The translations under genes and the position numbers were made by a program. Positions 41,177-50,791 of a DNA stretch of 64,000 bases are shown piece after piece; the stretch's first letter is position 1, and each line of letters opens with the position of its first letter. This DNA comes from Archaeoglobus sp. (GTDB taxonomy: Archaea; Halobacteriota; Archaeoglobi; Archaeoglobales; Archaeoglobaceae), in contig NZ_JACDNT010000002.1 of the NCBI RefSeq assembly GCF_017656475.1, positions 33,160 to 97,159 of the forward strand. Reading direction: 5' to 3'. A model generated the notes under the pieces. It was given only the letters and a program-made list of their open reading frames with translations, was not told the DNA's origin and did not search any database.

Positions 41177-41952
41177 TCCCTGTCCCTCCTGAACTCGGCC
41201 TTCCTCTTCTCAACAAATGCCTTTATCCCCTCCTCAGCGTCTGGAGAGGAAAAGGACAGGGCAAACAGGTCTCTCTCGTACATTATTCCGTCCCTCAACT
41301 CCATTTTGAATCCTCTGTTTACCGCCTGCTTAACCAAAGCCACCGCGTAGGGGGACTTGCTCTTAATGACTTCCGCCATCTTTTTTGCTTCGTCCATCAG
41401 CTTATCATGCTCAACCACTTTGTTTACCAATCCGAGCCTGTATGCTTCATCCGCCGAAATTCTTTCCCCAGTAAGGCACATCTCCATTGCCTTCTTCCAT
41501 CCAACAATCCTCGCAAGCCTTTGCGTCCCTCCTGCACCGGGAATAATGCCGAGATTTATCTCAGGCTGCCCAAAACTGGCTTTTTCGCTTGCTATTATGA
41601 TATCACAGGCCATTGCAATCTCACACCCACCTCCCAATGCAAATCCATTTATAGCAGCTATAACAGGAACTTCAAGGTCCTCCATTTCTTCGAGAACCTT
41701 TCCAAGCTCCTCTATCGTGTTTCTCGCTACAAAATGAGATGATTCGGAGAACATCTTAATGTCCGCCCCAGCACAGAATGCCTTGCCCTCTCCAGTCAGT
41801 ACAATTACTCTAACACTTTTGTTCTTCTTTGCATATTCCACAACCTCCTTCAACCCCTCCACGAAGTCTTTGTTGATCGCATTAAGAGCTTCAGGGCGGT
41901 TGAACTTCACCCAGAGAATTCCGTCCTCTTCTTTGTACTCAATAGCCGGCAT
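41173..41952 (-). CDS. Enoyl-CoA hydratase (crotonase)
   Basis: NRPEALNA, AFCAGADI, GGGCE and QPEINLG..PGAGG (both catalytic Glu). Confidence 0.93.
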   Translation of the reverse strand: MPAIEYKEEDGILWVKFNRPEALNAINKDFVEGLKEVVEYAKKNKSVRVIVLTGEGKAFCAGADIKMFSESSHFVARNTIEELGKVLEEMEDLEVPVIAAINGFALGGGCEIAMACDIIIASEKASFGQPEINLGIIPGAGGTQRLARIVGWKKAMEMCLTGERISADEAYRLGLVNKVVEHDKLMDEAKKMAEVIKSKSPYAVALVKQAVNRGFKMELRDGIMYERDLFALSFSSPDAEEGIKAFVEKRKAEFRRDRE

Positions 41953-41956
41953 CCTC

Positions 41957-43141
41957 TCACGTCCTGTAGCTCTTGGGCATTCCGAGAATGTGCTCGGCTA
42001 TGAAGTTCAGAGCCATCTGCTGGGTTACAGGAGCCAGGCGGATGAGGTTGATCTCCCTCCACCACCTCTCCACGTCATACTCCTTGGAATATCCGTATCC
42101 ACCGAAGACTTGCATTGCCCAGTAGACTGCTTTTATTCCAGCCTCCACTGCAACCGCCTTCGCCATGTTCGCAGTAGCTCCAACCTCTCTGTAGTTTGCC
42201 CCCTGATCAAACAGCGTTGCGGCCTTGAAGTTCATGAGCTTCGCACACTCCAGCGTTGCGTAGGCTTCAGCAAGCGGAAACTGCAGCCCCTGATAACTGC
42301 CTATTGGATCTTTGAACACCACCCTCTGCTTTGAATACTCAACTGCCTTGCTTATCGCAAGCCTGCTTATGCCGATTGCTGCCGTGGTGAAGCTCATTCT
42401 CTCAGGGTTGAGCGTGTCGAGCAGATGATACCATCCACCATCAAGTGGGGGTATCAGCGCATTTTCAGGTAGCCTCAGGTTGTTGAAGCTGACCTCACAG
42501 GTCTTGGAGTAATTTATTCCGTGCTTGGGGATCGGATTCACCTTTACCGCATCATTGGGCAAATCTGCAAGGAAAAGACTTATGCCATGGGTCTTCTTCT
42601 CAGCCTTCTCTCTTGGTGTCGTTCTGGCGATTATCAGCATCCCCTTCGCCCTGTCGGCACCGCTGATGAAGATCTTGTTACCATTAATAACCCACTCATC
42701 TCCATCCTTCACAGCTGTCGTTCTTATAGCCAGAGTGTTCGTTCCTGCATCCGGCTCGGTTAGGGCCATGCAGAACTCCATCTCACCCTTTGCAATTTTA
42801 GGCAGATACTTCTCTTTCTGCTCCTCCGTTCCGTGCCGTACTATAGTTAATGCACCAAAAACCTCAGTTAAAACCATGTACCAGATTCCAGCCATCCCGC
42901 ATCCATTCGCTGCAAGCTCCTCCATCGCTATCAGCAGCTCGGTTATTCCGTAGCCTCCACCACCGTACTCCTCCGGAATCACTATGCCCATGAAGCCCGC
43001 ATCGCTTATTGCCTTGAAGAACTCCTCAGCAAACTCCCCATTCTCCTCCTTCTCCCTCCAGTACTCAGGCGGGAAGTCCTTGGCTATGTCCCTTGCAGCG
43101 TTGGCAATCATCCTCTGCTCTTCGTTAAATTCAAAGTTCAT
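41957..43141 (-). CDS. Acyl-CoA dehydrogenase family protein
   Basis: ALTEPDAGTN, INGNKIFISG, LNPER, QVFGGYGY. Confidence 0.92.
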   Translation of the reverse strand: MNFEFNEEQRMIANAARDIAKDFPPEYWREKEENGEFAEEFFKAISDAGFMGIVIPEEYGGGGYGITELLIAMEELAANGCGMAGIWYMVLTEVFGALTIVRHGTEEQKEKYLPKIAKGEMEFCMALTEPDAGTNTLAIRTTAVKDGDEWVINGNKIFISGADRAKGMLIIARTTPREKAEKKTHGISLFLADLPNDAVKVNPIPKHGINYSKTCEVSFNNLRLPENALIPPLDGGWYHLLDTLNPERMSFTTAAIGISRLAISKAVEYSKQRVVFKDPIGSYQGLQFPLAEAYATLECAKLMNFKAATLFDQGANYREVGATANMAKAVAVEAGIKAVYWAMQVFGGYGYSKEYDVERWWREINLIRLAPVTQQMALNFIAEHILGMPKSYRT

Positions 43142-43156
43142 GCTATCACCAAAAAA

Positions 43157-43627
43157 TTAGAGAGGTTTAAAGTAGAGAATATCGGTAATCTTTCCTTCTC
43201 TCTCGTTCTTCGGCTTGAGAACCGGCTTCACCTTCATACCGATTTCAACGTTTTCGGGCTCAACTTCGCCAAGAAGGTGAATCAGGCAGCCGTCTGTGCC
43301 GTCAATATCAATAACAGCGTAAATTTCAGGCTTCTCCAAAGGTTTCTCGTAAGCGTCGAGCCTTGCAACTGTGAAAGCTCTTACACAACCCTCCCCGCTC
43401 ACTTCCACAAACTCAGTTTCGCTGAAATCCTTCTCGCAGTAGATGCGGGGCGGGAAGTAAACCTTTCCACACTTCTTGCATTTGGCAGCCAGAAACTTCT
43501 CCTCGTTCATGAGCTTCTTGAAGAACTCGTCTCCTGCCTTTCCACTCGTGTAAATCCAGTAAAGCTCTATTCTGCCATCCCAGTGTCTCAACTCTTTTGG
43601 ATTAACAATCTTCTCAATCATCTTCAT
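43157..43627 (-). CDS. DUF35 Zn-ribbon/OB-fold protein
   Basis: CKKCG..YFPPR.YC, IGMKVKPV; start moved to MKMIEK. Confidence 0.9.
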   Translation of the reverse strand: MKMIEKIVNPKELRHWDGRIELYWIYTSGKAGDEFFKKLMNEEKFLAAKCKKCGKVYFPPRIYCEKDFSETEFVEVSGEGCVRAFTVARLDAYEKPLEKPEIYAVIDIDGTDGCLIHLLGEVEPENVEIGMKVKPVLKPKNEREGKITDILYFKPL

Positions 43628-44154
43628 CCCTCCATCGGCTTCCAGTACTTGATATCCGTAATCGCTCCCTCTCTCTCCTCTTCGCTCTTCCAAACAGCCT
43701 TTACCTTCATCCCGATGTAAACGTCCTCTGGCTTCACCTCATCGAGAATGTGCATTATTCCCATGTGCGGTGATGCTCCATCAATGGAGATGACCGCCAC
43801 TATAACAGGCTCAGGCAGTGGCCTGGCATCGGGGTCGATGTATGAGATGGAGAACGTCTCAACGGTGCCTGTATCTTTCAGCTCGACCCATCCGTCAATG
43901 GGTTTGTAGCAGAGCTCGCAGAACATTCTTGGCGGAACCATCACTCTGCCACACTTGTTGCACTTCACTCCCAGAATCTTGCCCTCTTTCAGACCGTTAA
44001 GAAACTTGCTTATAGCCTGCCCAGCGGTCCAGGAGTAGCGGATATCCGGGTGATCTTCCACATACGTGACCTTCTTCTGTTTGATGTCAGCATCACTCAG
44101 CGGTGTTCCCTCAGCGTATGGAGGGCACTCAATATCCTTCTTGCCAACAGCCAT
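43624..44154 (-). CDS. DUF35 Zn-ribbon/OB-fold protein
   Basis: CNKCG..MVPPRMFCELC, IGMKVKAVW; start moved to MAVGKK. Confidence 0.9.
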   Translation of the reverse strand: MAVGKKDIECPPYAEGTPLSDADIKQKKVTYVEDHPDIRYSWTAGQAISKFLNGLKEGKILGVKCNKCGRVMVPPRMFCELCYKPIDGWVELKDTGTVETFSISYIDPDARPLPEPVIVAVISIDGASPHMGIMHILDEVKPEDVYIGMKVKAVWKSEEEREGAITDIKYWKPMEG

Positions 44155-44158
44155 TCTA

Positions 44159-45361
44159 TCACCTCTTATTTGACATAACCATAACCGTTCCAACCTGCAT
44201 CAGATCTCCCCATGCCTGACATACGCCCGTTGTGACTTCCTTTGCCACCTGTCTCTTCCCTGCCCTGTAGGCGAGCTGCCAGTACAGTTCGCAAGCCTTA
44301 ACACCCATCGTCGCTGCAATTGGATTACCAACTCCCAGCAGTCCTCCTGATGGGCAGGTGGGTAGGTCTCCGTCTCTTTGCGTTACTCCCTCTCTTGTGA
44401 GAATGGGCGCTTCTCCCTTCTTTGCCAGGCCTAATCCTTCCATGTGGTGCAGTTCTTTGTAATCGAATGGGTCGTATGGCTCGGCAACATCAATCTCCTT
44501 TCGTGGGTCATTGATGTGTGCCTGTCTGTATGCCATCTTCGCAGCTTCAGCAACATAGCGCGGGAAGTACAGATCACGGTTAGTCCACCATGTGGTGTCG
44601 AGAGCCCAGCCCACTCCAGTCACCCAAACTGGATTGTCAGTAAGCTGTCTCGCAATGTGCGGAGCGACCATGATTAGGGCTGCTGCTCCATCTGATGGCG
44701 GAGATACATCAAGCCTTCTGACAGGAAGAGCCATTGGCTCGCTGTTCAGCACATCCTCAACCGTAATCTTCTCTGCCACCTGAGCGCATGGATGATCCAG
44801 AGCGTTTCCCTTGTTCTTCACCGAAACAAGAGCAATGTCCTCATGCTTGATGTTGTGTACATGCATGTAGCGGCGCATTTCAAGAGCGAAAATCCAGATG
44901 AGGTTGGGGCTCAGCGGGCGGTCAAGAATCGGATCCCAGATGTACTTGAACGCCGACTGAGGGTGTGGATGGGATGAAGACATCTTCTCCTCACAAACCA
45001 CAAGACAGACATCAGCCAAACCACTCGCGACATGCCAGTATCCAGCTATAGGGGCAAAGACTCCCGTTCCTCCACCCACAAAGACTCTCATGTAAGGCCT
45101 GTCTGAACCTCCAGAGCCGTCAAGCAAATACTCTCCTTTCATGTGCAAACCATCGAACGTGTCAGGGGCGGAGCCCATCACAACCATCTCAATATCGTCA
45201 ATTGTTATACCAGCCTCCTCAAGAGCCTGCTTTATGGCAAGATAGCTCAACTCCCTCCCGGTTTCGTTGAGTCTCCTCTTGAAGGTCGTCATTCCCGCTC
45301 CAACGATTGCCACATCCTGCTTCTTGTGGAACTTCAACCCGCTAATTTTCTCAACTTCCAT
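44159..45361 (-). CDS. SCP2-type thiolase-fold protein lacking catalytic Cys (Ltp3-like)
   Basis: SDGAAA, YDPF, PSGGLLGVGNP; VFVGGGTG occupies the nucleophile loop. Confidence 0.85.
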   Translation of the reverse strand: MEVEKISGLKFHKKQDVAIVGAGMTTFKRRLNETGRELSYLAIKQALEEAGITIDDIEMVVMGSAPDTFDGLHMKGEYLLDGSGGSDRPYMRVFVGGGTGVFAPIAGYWHVASGLADVCLVVCEEKMSSSHPHPQSAFKYIWDPILDRPLSPNLIWIFALEMRRYMHVHNIKHEDIALVSVKNKGNALDHPCAQVAEKITVEDVLNSEPMALPVRRLDVSPPSDGAAALIMVAPHIARQLTDNPVWVTGVGWALDTTWWTNRDLYFPRYVAEAAKMAYRQAHINDPRKEIDVAEPYDPFDYKELHHMEGLGLAKKGEAPILTREGVTQRDGDLPTCPSGGLLGVGNPIAATMGVKACELYWQLAYRAGKRQVAKEVTTGVCQAWGDLMQVGTVMVMSNKR

Positions 45362-45371
45362 ATCCACCACC

Positions 45372-46514
45372 TTACACACCAAAAACAGCCACAGCACCGC
45401 TGTGAGTGGGCAGATATCTCCACGCCTGCGCCACTCCGGTCTCTACATCACTTAGCTGCTTTTTGCCCGCCTCACCGCGAAGCTGGAGAACCACTTCCAG
45501 AGCTTTCTGCCCTCCAGTGCACTCAAGCAGGTTGCCAACTCCGAGACTTCCTCCTGAAACGTTAACTGGCAAAGCACCATCCCTGTCGAAGTAGCCTTCA
45601 GCCATAAGTCTTGCCGAGTCGAACTTTCCTGCGAGTTGCAACGCCTCTATGTGCTGGAGTTCCTTGAATGCGAACCTGTCATCCACCTCGGCAAAATCAA
45701 CTTCCTTGGCGGGATTCGCTATTCCGGCCATCCTGTATGCCATCTTCGCTGCCTTGTAGGCGTACATTGCAGACAGGCTTGCAGTGTCATAACCATAAGT
45801 TTCGCTCCACCATCCTACACCCTTAACCCAAACAGGGCTGTCTGTCAGCTCTCTCGCAACCTTATCACTTGCAAGAACAAATACAACACACCCATCAGCG
45901 AGGGGGGCGATCTCCATCTTCTTCATCGGATCGAAGAGCTTCGGACTCGCCATGACATCGTCAATGGTTACATTAGCCGCATACGGGGCCGACTCATTCA
46001 GCAAAGCGTTGTTCTTGTTCTTAACGACCACTCTTGCAACATCCTCTTCACCCAGACACCTCTCGGACATGTACTGAAACATTTCTAAGGCAGCGAGGTA
46101 GTAGGGGTGCGCATTTCCAATGTTCCTGAGCCATATTGGATCCATCGCAAATTTGACAACATTTCCGAAAGTCTGAATGTCGCTCGCCTTGCTGTGGGCC
46201 TCAACGACTGCTATATCTGCAAGACCGCTTCTGATCTGCATGTAGGCAGTGGCAACGCCATAGAGAAAGTCTCCTGACACTGTGCACGTTGGCTTTACCA
46301 CTGCCCCAAGCTGGTCTGGCACGAATTCATCGAAGATTGCAAAACCCTCGTAGATGTCCTCTGCACACGTTACGAAGCTGTCCACATCTCTGCGTGGATT
46401 TATGCCGGCATCGGTGTAAGCCCTGACAGCGGCCTCGTACATGATTTCTTTCCAGCTCAGGTCGGGTGTGGTGGAATTGAAACCCGAATACCCAACTCCC
46501 ACAACAGCTACCAT
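45372..46514 (-). CDS. SCP2-type thiolase-fold protein with non-canonical active site
   Basis: ADG, AEVDDRF, NVSGGSLGVGN; no CASG or GHP motif. Confidence 0.85.
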   Translation of the reverse strand: MVAVVGVGYSGFNSTTPDLSWKEIMYEAAVRAYTDAGINPRRDVDSFVTCAEDIYEGFAIFDEFVPDQLGAVVKPTCTVSGDFLYGVATAYMQIRSGLADIAVVEAHSKASDIQTFGNVVKFAMDPIWLRNIGNAHPYYLAALEMFQYMSERCLGEEDVARVVVKNKNNALLNESAPYAANVTIDDVMASPKLFDPMKKMEIAPLADGCVVFVLASDKVARELTDSPVWVKGVGWWSETYGYDTASLSAMYAYKAAKMAYRMAGIANPAKEVDFAEVDDRFAFKELQHIEALQLAGKFDSARLMAEGYFDRDGALPVNVSGGSLGVGNLLECTGGQKALEVVLQLRGEAGKKQLSDVETGVAQAWRYLPTHSGAVAVFGV

Positions 46515-46768
46515 TCCATCACCAATTATTCTTTGTATTTCGATAATACTTAAATCTTACCGATTTTACTTGGTTAAAAATAAAAATAAAGGTGCGACAC
46601 TTCAGCATATAAAATAATACTAATTTTCACTCCTCCATGAACAACAAGAGAAATCAGAACTTAAACAACCGGGTAAAAAGCCTGGATAGGAAACGAACAG
46701 AAGGAGATGAATTTACAGCGATGGAAAACAATCTACGTTTTTAAGTTGATGAAAACTTTTCGTGAGAT

Positions 46769-47098
46769 TTACCTCCATTCGACATTTTCAAGATAAGCTT
46801 CCCCACGTGGAGTGAGAGAGTAGTACTTTTTCCCTCCTTCCACCTTTGACTCGACGAACAAAGCTTCCTCAAGCAGATCCAAATGCATTCTGGCCTGGGC
46901 TTCAGAGAGGTTGAATCTCTCCACAATCTCCTCAAAACTCCTCTTTCCGTACCCAATGAACTTTATAATCTCCCTTCTAACTCTGTGCTGCAAGGCCCTC
47001 AGACCAATTTTGTGATCCTCCGTAGGATCTCGAAGCTTTCCCTCTCTCTTCAACTTCTCCAGCCACTCCTGTTTTCTTTTCTGAAGGTCACTGCTCAT
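46769..47098 (-). CDS. ArsR-like winged-helix transcriptional regulator
   Basis: ALQHRVRREII...SFEEI...MHLDLLEEA...YYSLTPRG. Confidence 0.8.
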   Translation of the reverse strand: MSSDLQKRKQEWLEKLKREGKLRDPTEDHKIGLRALQHRVRREIIKFIGYGKRSFEEIVERFNLSEAQARMHLDLLEEALFVESKVEGGKKYYSLTPRGEAYLENVEWR

Positions 47099-47392
47099 AT
47101 TAACACTAATACCATGAGAAATATCAAATTTTTCGTTATCCTCTACGCTTGGTGTTACTTGATTGCATAAACCTGTAAAACCTCAAGCTTTTTCAAGTCT
47201 ATCCCTCTATGATTGCATCCACACTATCCTGAGAACAGACGTTAGCAGCATAACAGCGGTTAAGGATGGATGCAATCACCCTTCCCACCTGAATTGGTTC
47301 ATTATTTAAATCTTAATCCTCTTAAACCCTAAGGGGCTTGAAATTGCCAGAGATAGTTAGAGCTTTTTAAAGATATGTGGAGGGAGAGATGA

Positions 47393-48514
47393 ATGAGCAA
47401 AGCAATGAAGTTCATCATCTTGATGGGTTTGGTGAGTCTCTTCGGGGATATCACCTACGAGGGGGCGAGAAGCATAGTTGGGCCATATCTCGCCACTTTT
47501 GGTTTAAGCGCAGCTGTAGTTGGGCTTGTGACGGGGTTTGGGGAGTTTACGGGCTATGGTTTAAGGCTGCTTTCAGGTTACGTTGCGGACAGAACTGGAA
47601 GGCACTGGCTTATGACCTTTCTCGGATACTCTCTAATCCTTTCCATTCCATTGCTGGCTTTTGCTCAATACTGGTGGGTGGCTGCTGTGCTTATTGTGGC
47701 TGAGAGGCTTGGAAAGGCGATCAGAACACCCGCGAGAGATGCTATGCTGTCCTTTGCTACAAAACAGGTTGGTAGGGGATTGGGGTTTGGTGTTCACGAA
47801 GCGATGGACCAGATTGGAGCGGTAATTGGCCCGCTGATTGTTTTCTCAGCGCTTGTAGGTTATAGCTACAAAGAAGCTTTTATGGTGTTGTTTTTACCAG
47901 CCTTGTTGGTACTGCTGGCTCTCCTTGCAACCTGGAAGCTGTACCCCGCTCCACAGAGGTTTGAGGAGGAGAGGCAGGAAAGTGAGATTAAAGGAAGCTT
48001 CCTGCTTTACTCAATCTTCGTTTTCCTAAGTGTTGTGGGATTTCTCAGCTTTCCCTTGCTCTCCTACCATCTGGCCCGCTATGTCGATTTAAGGCTCATA
48101 CCTCTCCTTTACGCCCTTGCCATGGGTGTTGATGCCCTCTTTGCGTTGATTTCTGGCAAATGCTACGACGTTATCGGCCTGAAAACACTCATGCTTGTTC
48201 CACTGCTGACACCTTTGACTCTGCTCGCTTTGCAACCCACATTTGCCGGAGTTGTTGCTGGTGTTGCGGCATGGGGAGCTGTGATGGGGATGCATGAGGC
48301 AACAACGAGAGCTGCGATAGCTGACCTAACAGGAGTGAAGAAAAGAAGCACAGCTTACGGCATCTTCAACTCAATTTTCGGACTTGCCATGTTTGCTGGA
48401 GGAGCTGTTCTGGGATATCTCTACGATGTCTCCACGACAGGTCTTGTGATGTTCGTTCTGGCAGTTGAGTTTGCAGCTTTTCTAGTCATTTTGACGGTGA
48501 ACAAAAATATTTAA
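47393..48514 (+). CDS. MFS transporter
   Basis: GYVADRTGR motif A, ER.GKAIRTPARD, about 12 TM segments. Confidence 0.9.
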   Translation: MSKAMKFIILMGLVSLFGDITYEGARSIVGPYLATFGLSAAVVGLVTGFGEFTGYGLRLLSGYVADRTGRHWLMTFLGYSLILSIPLLAFAQYWWVAAVLIVAERLGKAIRTPARDAMLSFATKQVGRGLGFGVHEAMDQIGAVIGPLIVFSALVGYSYKEAFMVLFLPALLVLLALLATWKLYPAPQRFEEERQESEIKGSFLLYSIFVFLSVVGFLSFPLLSYHLARYVDLRLIPLLYALAMGVDALFALISGKCYDVIGLKTLMLVPLLTPLTLLALQPTFAGVVAGVAAWGAVMGMHEATTRAAIADLTGVKKRSTAYGIFNSIFGLAMFAGGAVLGYLYDVSTTGLVMFVLAVEFAAFLVILTVNKNI

Positions 48515-48593
48515 ACTTTTTGGAAATGGAATTCCGAAAATTTTTTAAATAATTAGATTTAGAATGTTTAAATCGTATTAAAAGGGTGGTAAG

Positions 48594-49742
48594 ATGCGCC
48601 TTCACGAGCATCAGGCCAAGCAAATTTTCGCAAAGCATGGAATAGGGATTCCAAGAGGTGAGGTGGCAACCACTCCTGAGGAGGTAGAGAAAATTGCAGA
48701 AAAGCTCGGAGGGAAGGTGGTTGTAAAAGCACAGGTTCTCGTGGGAGGGAGAGGGAAGGCTGGAGGCGTTAAGAAAGCAAACAGTCCGAAAGAGGCGAGA
48801 GAGGTAGCGGAGAAGATTCTTGGGATGAGTATAAAGGGGCACAAGGTTGAGAAGGTTCTTGTGGAAGAGCAGCTCGAAATAAAGAAGGAATACTACGTTG
48901 GATACGTCGTTGACAAGGTAAACAGACTTCCGGCAGTGATTTTCAGTCGAATGGGAGGAATGGATGTTGAGGAAATTGCCGCAAAGCACCCAGATGAAAT
49001 ACACAGGATTTACTTTGACCCTCTCTGGGGGTTAAAGGACTACGAGGTTCGTAAAGCGCTGTTCAGGGCAGGTTTTAGTGGAGATGAGTACAAGCAGATG
49101 TTCGACATCATAAAAAAATTGGCTGAAATTGCCTTCACCTATGAGGCAGAGCTTACTGAAATTAACCCTCTTGCCGTGACGAGTGAGGGATTTCTGGCTG
49201 CTGATGCCCGACTGAACGTTGACGATAACGCCCTTTACAGACATCCGGAGCTTGCAGAGCTGAGAGAAGCGACGGAGGAAAATCCGCTTGAGAGGGAAGC
49301 GAGATTGAAGGGAATCAACTACGTTCACCTTGGAGGGAATGTGGGTGTTATTGCTAACGGTGCGGGCCTGGCAATGGCTACAATGGACATAATCAATCTG
49401 ATGGGAGGAAAGCCAGCAAACTTCCTCGACACTGGAGGAGGCTTGGCAGACCCTGAGAAGATGAAAAATTGCTTGCTGCACGTTCTTAAGGATCCGAATG
49501 TAAAGGTCGTTTTCATCAACATCTACGCCGAGATAACGAGATGCGAAAAGGTTGCCGAGGGAATAATTTTGGCACTGGATGAGGCTCAAAGAAAAGTTCC
49601 ACTCGTCGTGAAGCTTGCCGGCACGAATGAAGATATTGGAAGAGAAATGCTTGAGAGATACAGTTCGGAAAAGGGAGCTGAAATTTACTTTGTCGATTCG
49701 GTTGAGGAAGGTGCGAGAAAAGCTGTAGAGCTTGCGGGGTGA
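48594..49742 (+). CDS. sucC: Succinyl-CoA synthetase beta subunit (or related acyl-CoA ligase)
   Basis: [40 protein letters not shown]. Confidence 0.88.
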   Translation: MRLHEHQAKQIFAKHGIGIPRGEVATTPEEVEKIAEKLGGKVVVKAQVLVGGRGKAGGVKKANSPKEAREVAEKILGMSIKGHKVEKVLVEEQLEIKKEYYVGYVVDKVNRLPAVIFSRMGGMDVEEIAAKHPDEIHRIYFDPLWGLKDYEVRKALFRAGFSGDEYKQMFDIIKKLAEIAFTYEAELTEINPLAVTSEGFLAADARLNVDDNALYRHPELAELREATEENPLEREARLKGINYVHLGGNVGVIANGAGLAMATMDIINLMGGKPANFLDTGGGLADPEKMKNCLLHVLKDPNVKVVFINIYAEITRCEKVAEGIILALDEAQRKVPLVVKLAGTNEDIGREMLERYSSEKGAEIYFVDSVEEGARKAVELAG

Positions 49743-49747
49743 TGGAT

Positions 49748-50614
49748 ATGGCAATTCTTGTTGATGAGAACACTCGTGTTATTGTTCAGGGAATAACGGG
49801 ATTTCAGGGAAGTTTTCAGGCGAAGAGGATGCTTGATTATGGAACTAAGGTCGTAGGGGGAGTAACTCCCGGAAAAGGTGGTACTGAGGTGCACGGAGTG
49901 CCCGTCTTCAACACTGTAGAGGAGGCTGTTGCCGAAACGAATGCTGATACGTCAATCATCTATGTTCCCGCACGTTTTGCAACAGATGCCATATTTGAGG
50001 CATTCGATGCAGGATTGAGGCTGGTTGTGTGTGTGACTGAGGGCATACCGCTCTACGACGAGATGCTCATCCACAGGAAGCTGAGAGAAGTGAAATCAAT
50101 GCTCCTTGGCCCCAACTGTCCAGGAGTAATCAGCCCGGGGAAGTCAAAGGTTGGACTTCTGCCTGACAGAAGCTTCATGCCAGGCAATCTCGGTGTGGTT
50201 TCGAGAAGTGGAACGCTCACCTACCAGATTTGTGAGAATCTAACAAAAGCAGGAATTGGACAATCAACAGTGGTGGGTATTGGAGGAGACCCAATGCCGG
50301 GATTAACGTTTGTTGACGTTCTTAAAATGTTTGAAGAGGATGAAGAGACCAAGGCGGTGCTACTGGTCGGTGAAATTGGAGGGACAGCAGAAGAAAAGGC
50401 TGCAGAGTTCATAAAGCAAATGTCCAAGCCGGTAGTGGCGTTCATAGCGGGAAGGACAGCACCACCTGGAAAGAGGATGGGGCATGCTGGAGCGATAATC
50501 GAGGGCAATATGGGGACTGCAGAGGCAAAGATTGCTGCTCTCCGAGATGCAGGAGCGAGGGTTGCAGAGACCTTGCTTGATGTGGTGAAGGGGGTCAGAG
50601 GTGTGTTGGGCTGA
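49748..50614 (+). CDS. sucD: Succinyl-CoA synthetase alpha subunit
   Basis: [31 protein letters not shown] phospho-His. Confidence 0.92.
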   Translation: MAILVDENTRVIVQGITGFQGSFQAKRMLDYGTKVVGGVTPGKGGTEVHGVPVFNTVEEAVAETNADTSIIYVPARFATDAIFEAFDAGLRLVVCVTEGIPLYDEMLIHRKLREVKSMLLGPNCPGVISPGKSKVGLLPDRSFMPGNLGVVSRSGTLTYQICENLTKAGIGQSTVVGIGGDPMPGLTFVDVLKMFEEDEETKAVLLVGEIGGTAEEKAAEFIKQMSKPVVAFIAGRTAPPGKRMGHAGAIIEGNMGTAEAKIAALRDAGARVAETLLDVVKGVRGVLG

Positions 50615-50791
50615 GTTTTGATGGCAAGTTGCAGTAAGTAAACCCAACTACAGACCGTACGCACAAAGTTGTAAACATTTGCCAGTGAAACCAATGCGCC
50701 TCCTGACAAAGACAGCAAAGATGCAATACTGCCCAAACTTAGCTCCCGATTAAGAGTAAGGTAAAGAGAGTTCAACCATTTATATAAAAAA

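Noticed and set aside
40891-41742. Long antisense ORFs (also 2878-3528, 49032-49754, 50221-50853, 57400-58023 and many shorter ones)
   Set aside because: Shadows of well-supported genes, with no motifs
50615-50791. Possible gene relic between sucD and apgM (similar at 46560-46768)
   Set aside because: No convincing start, SD or motif
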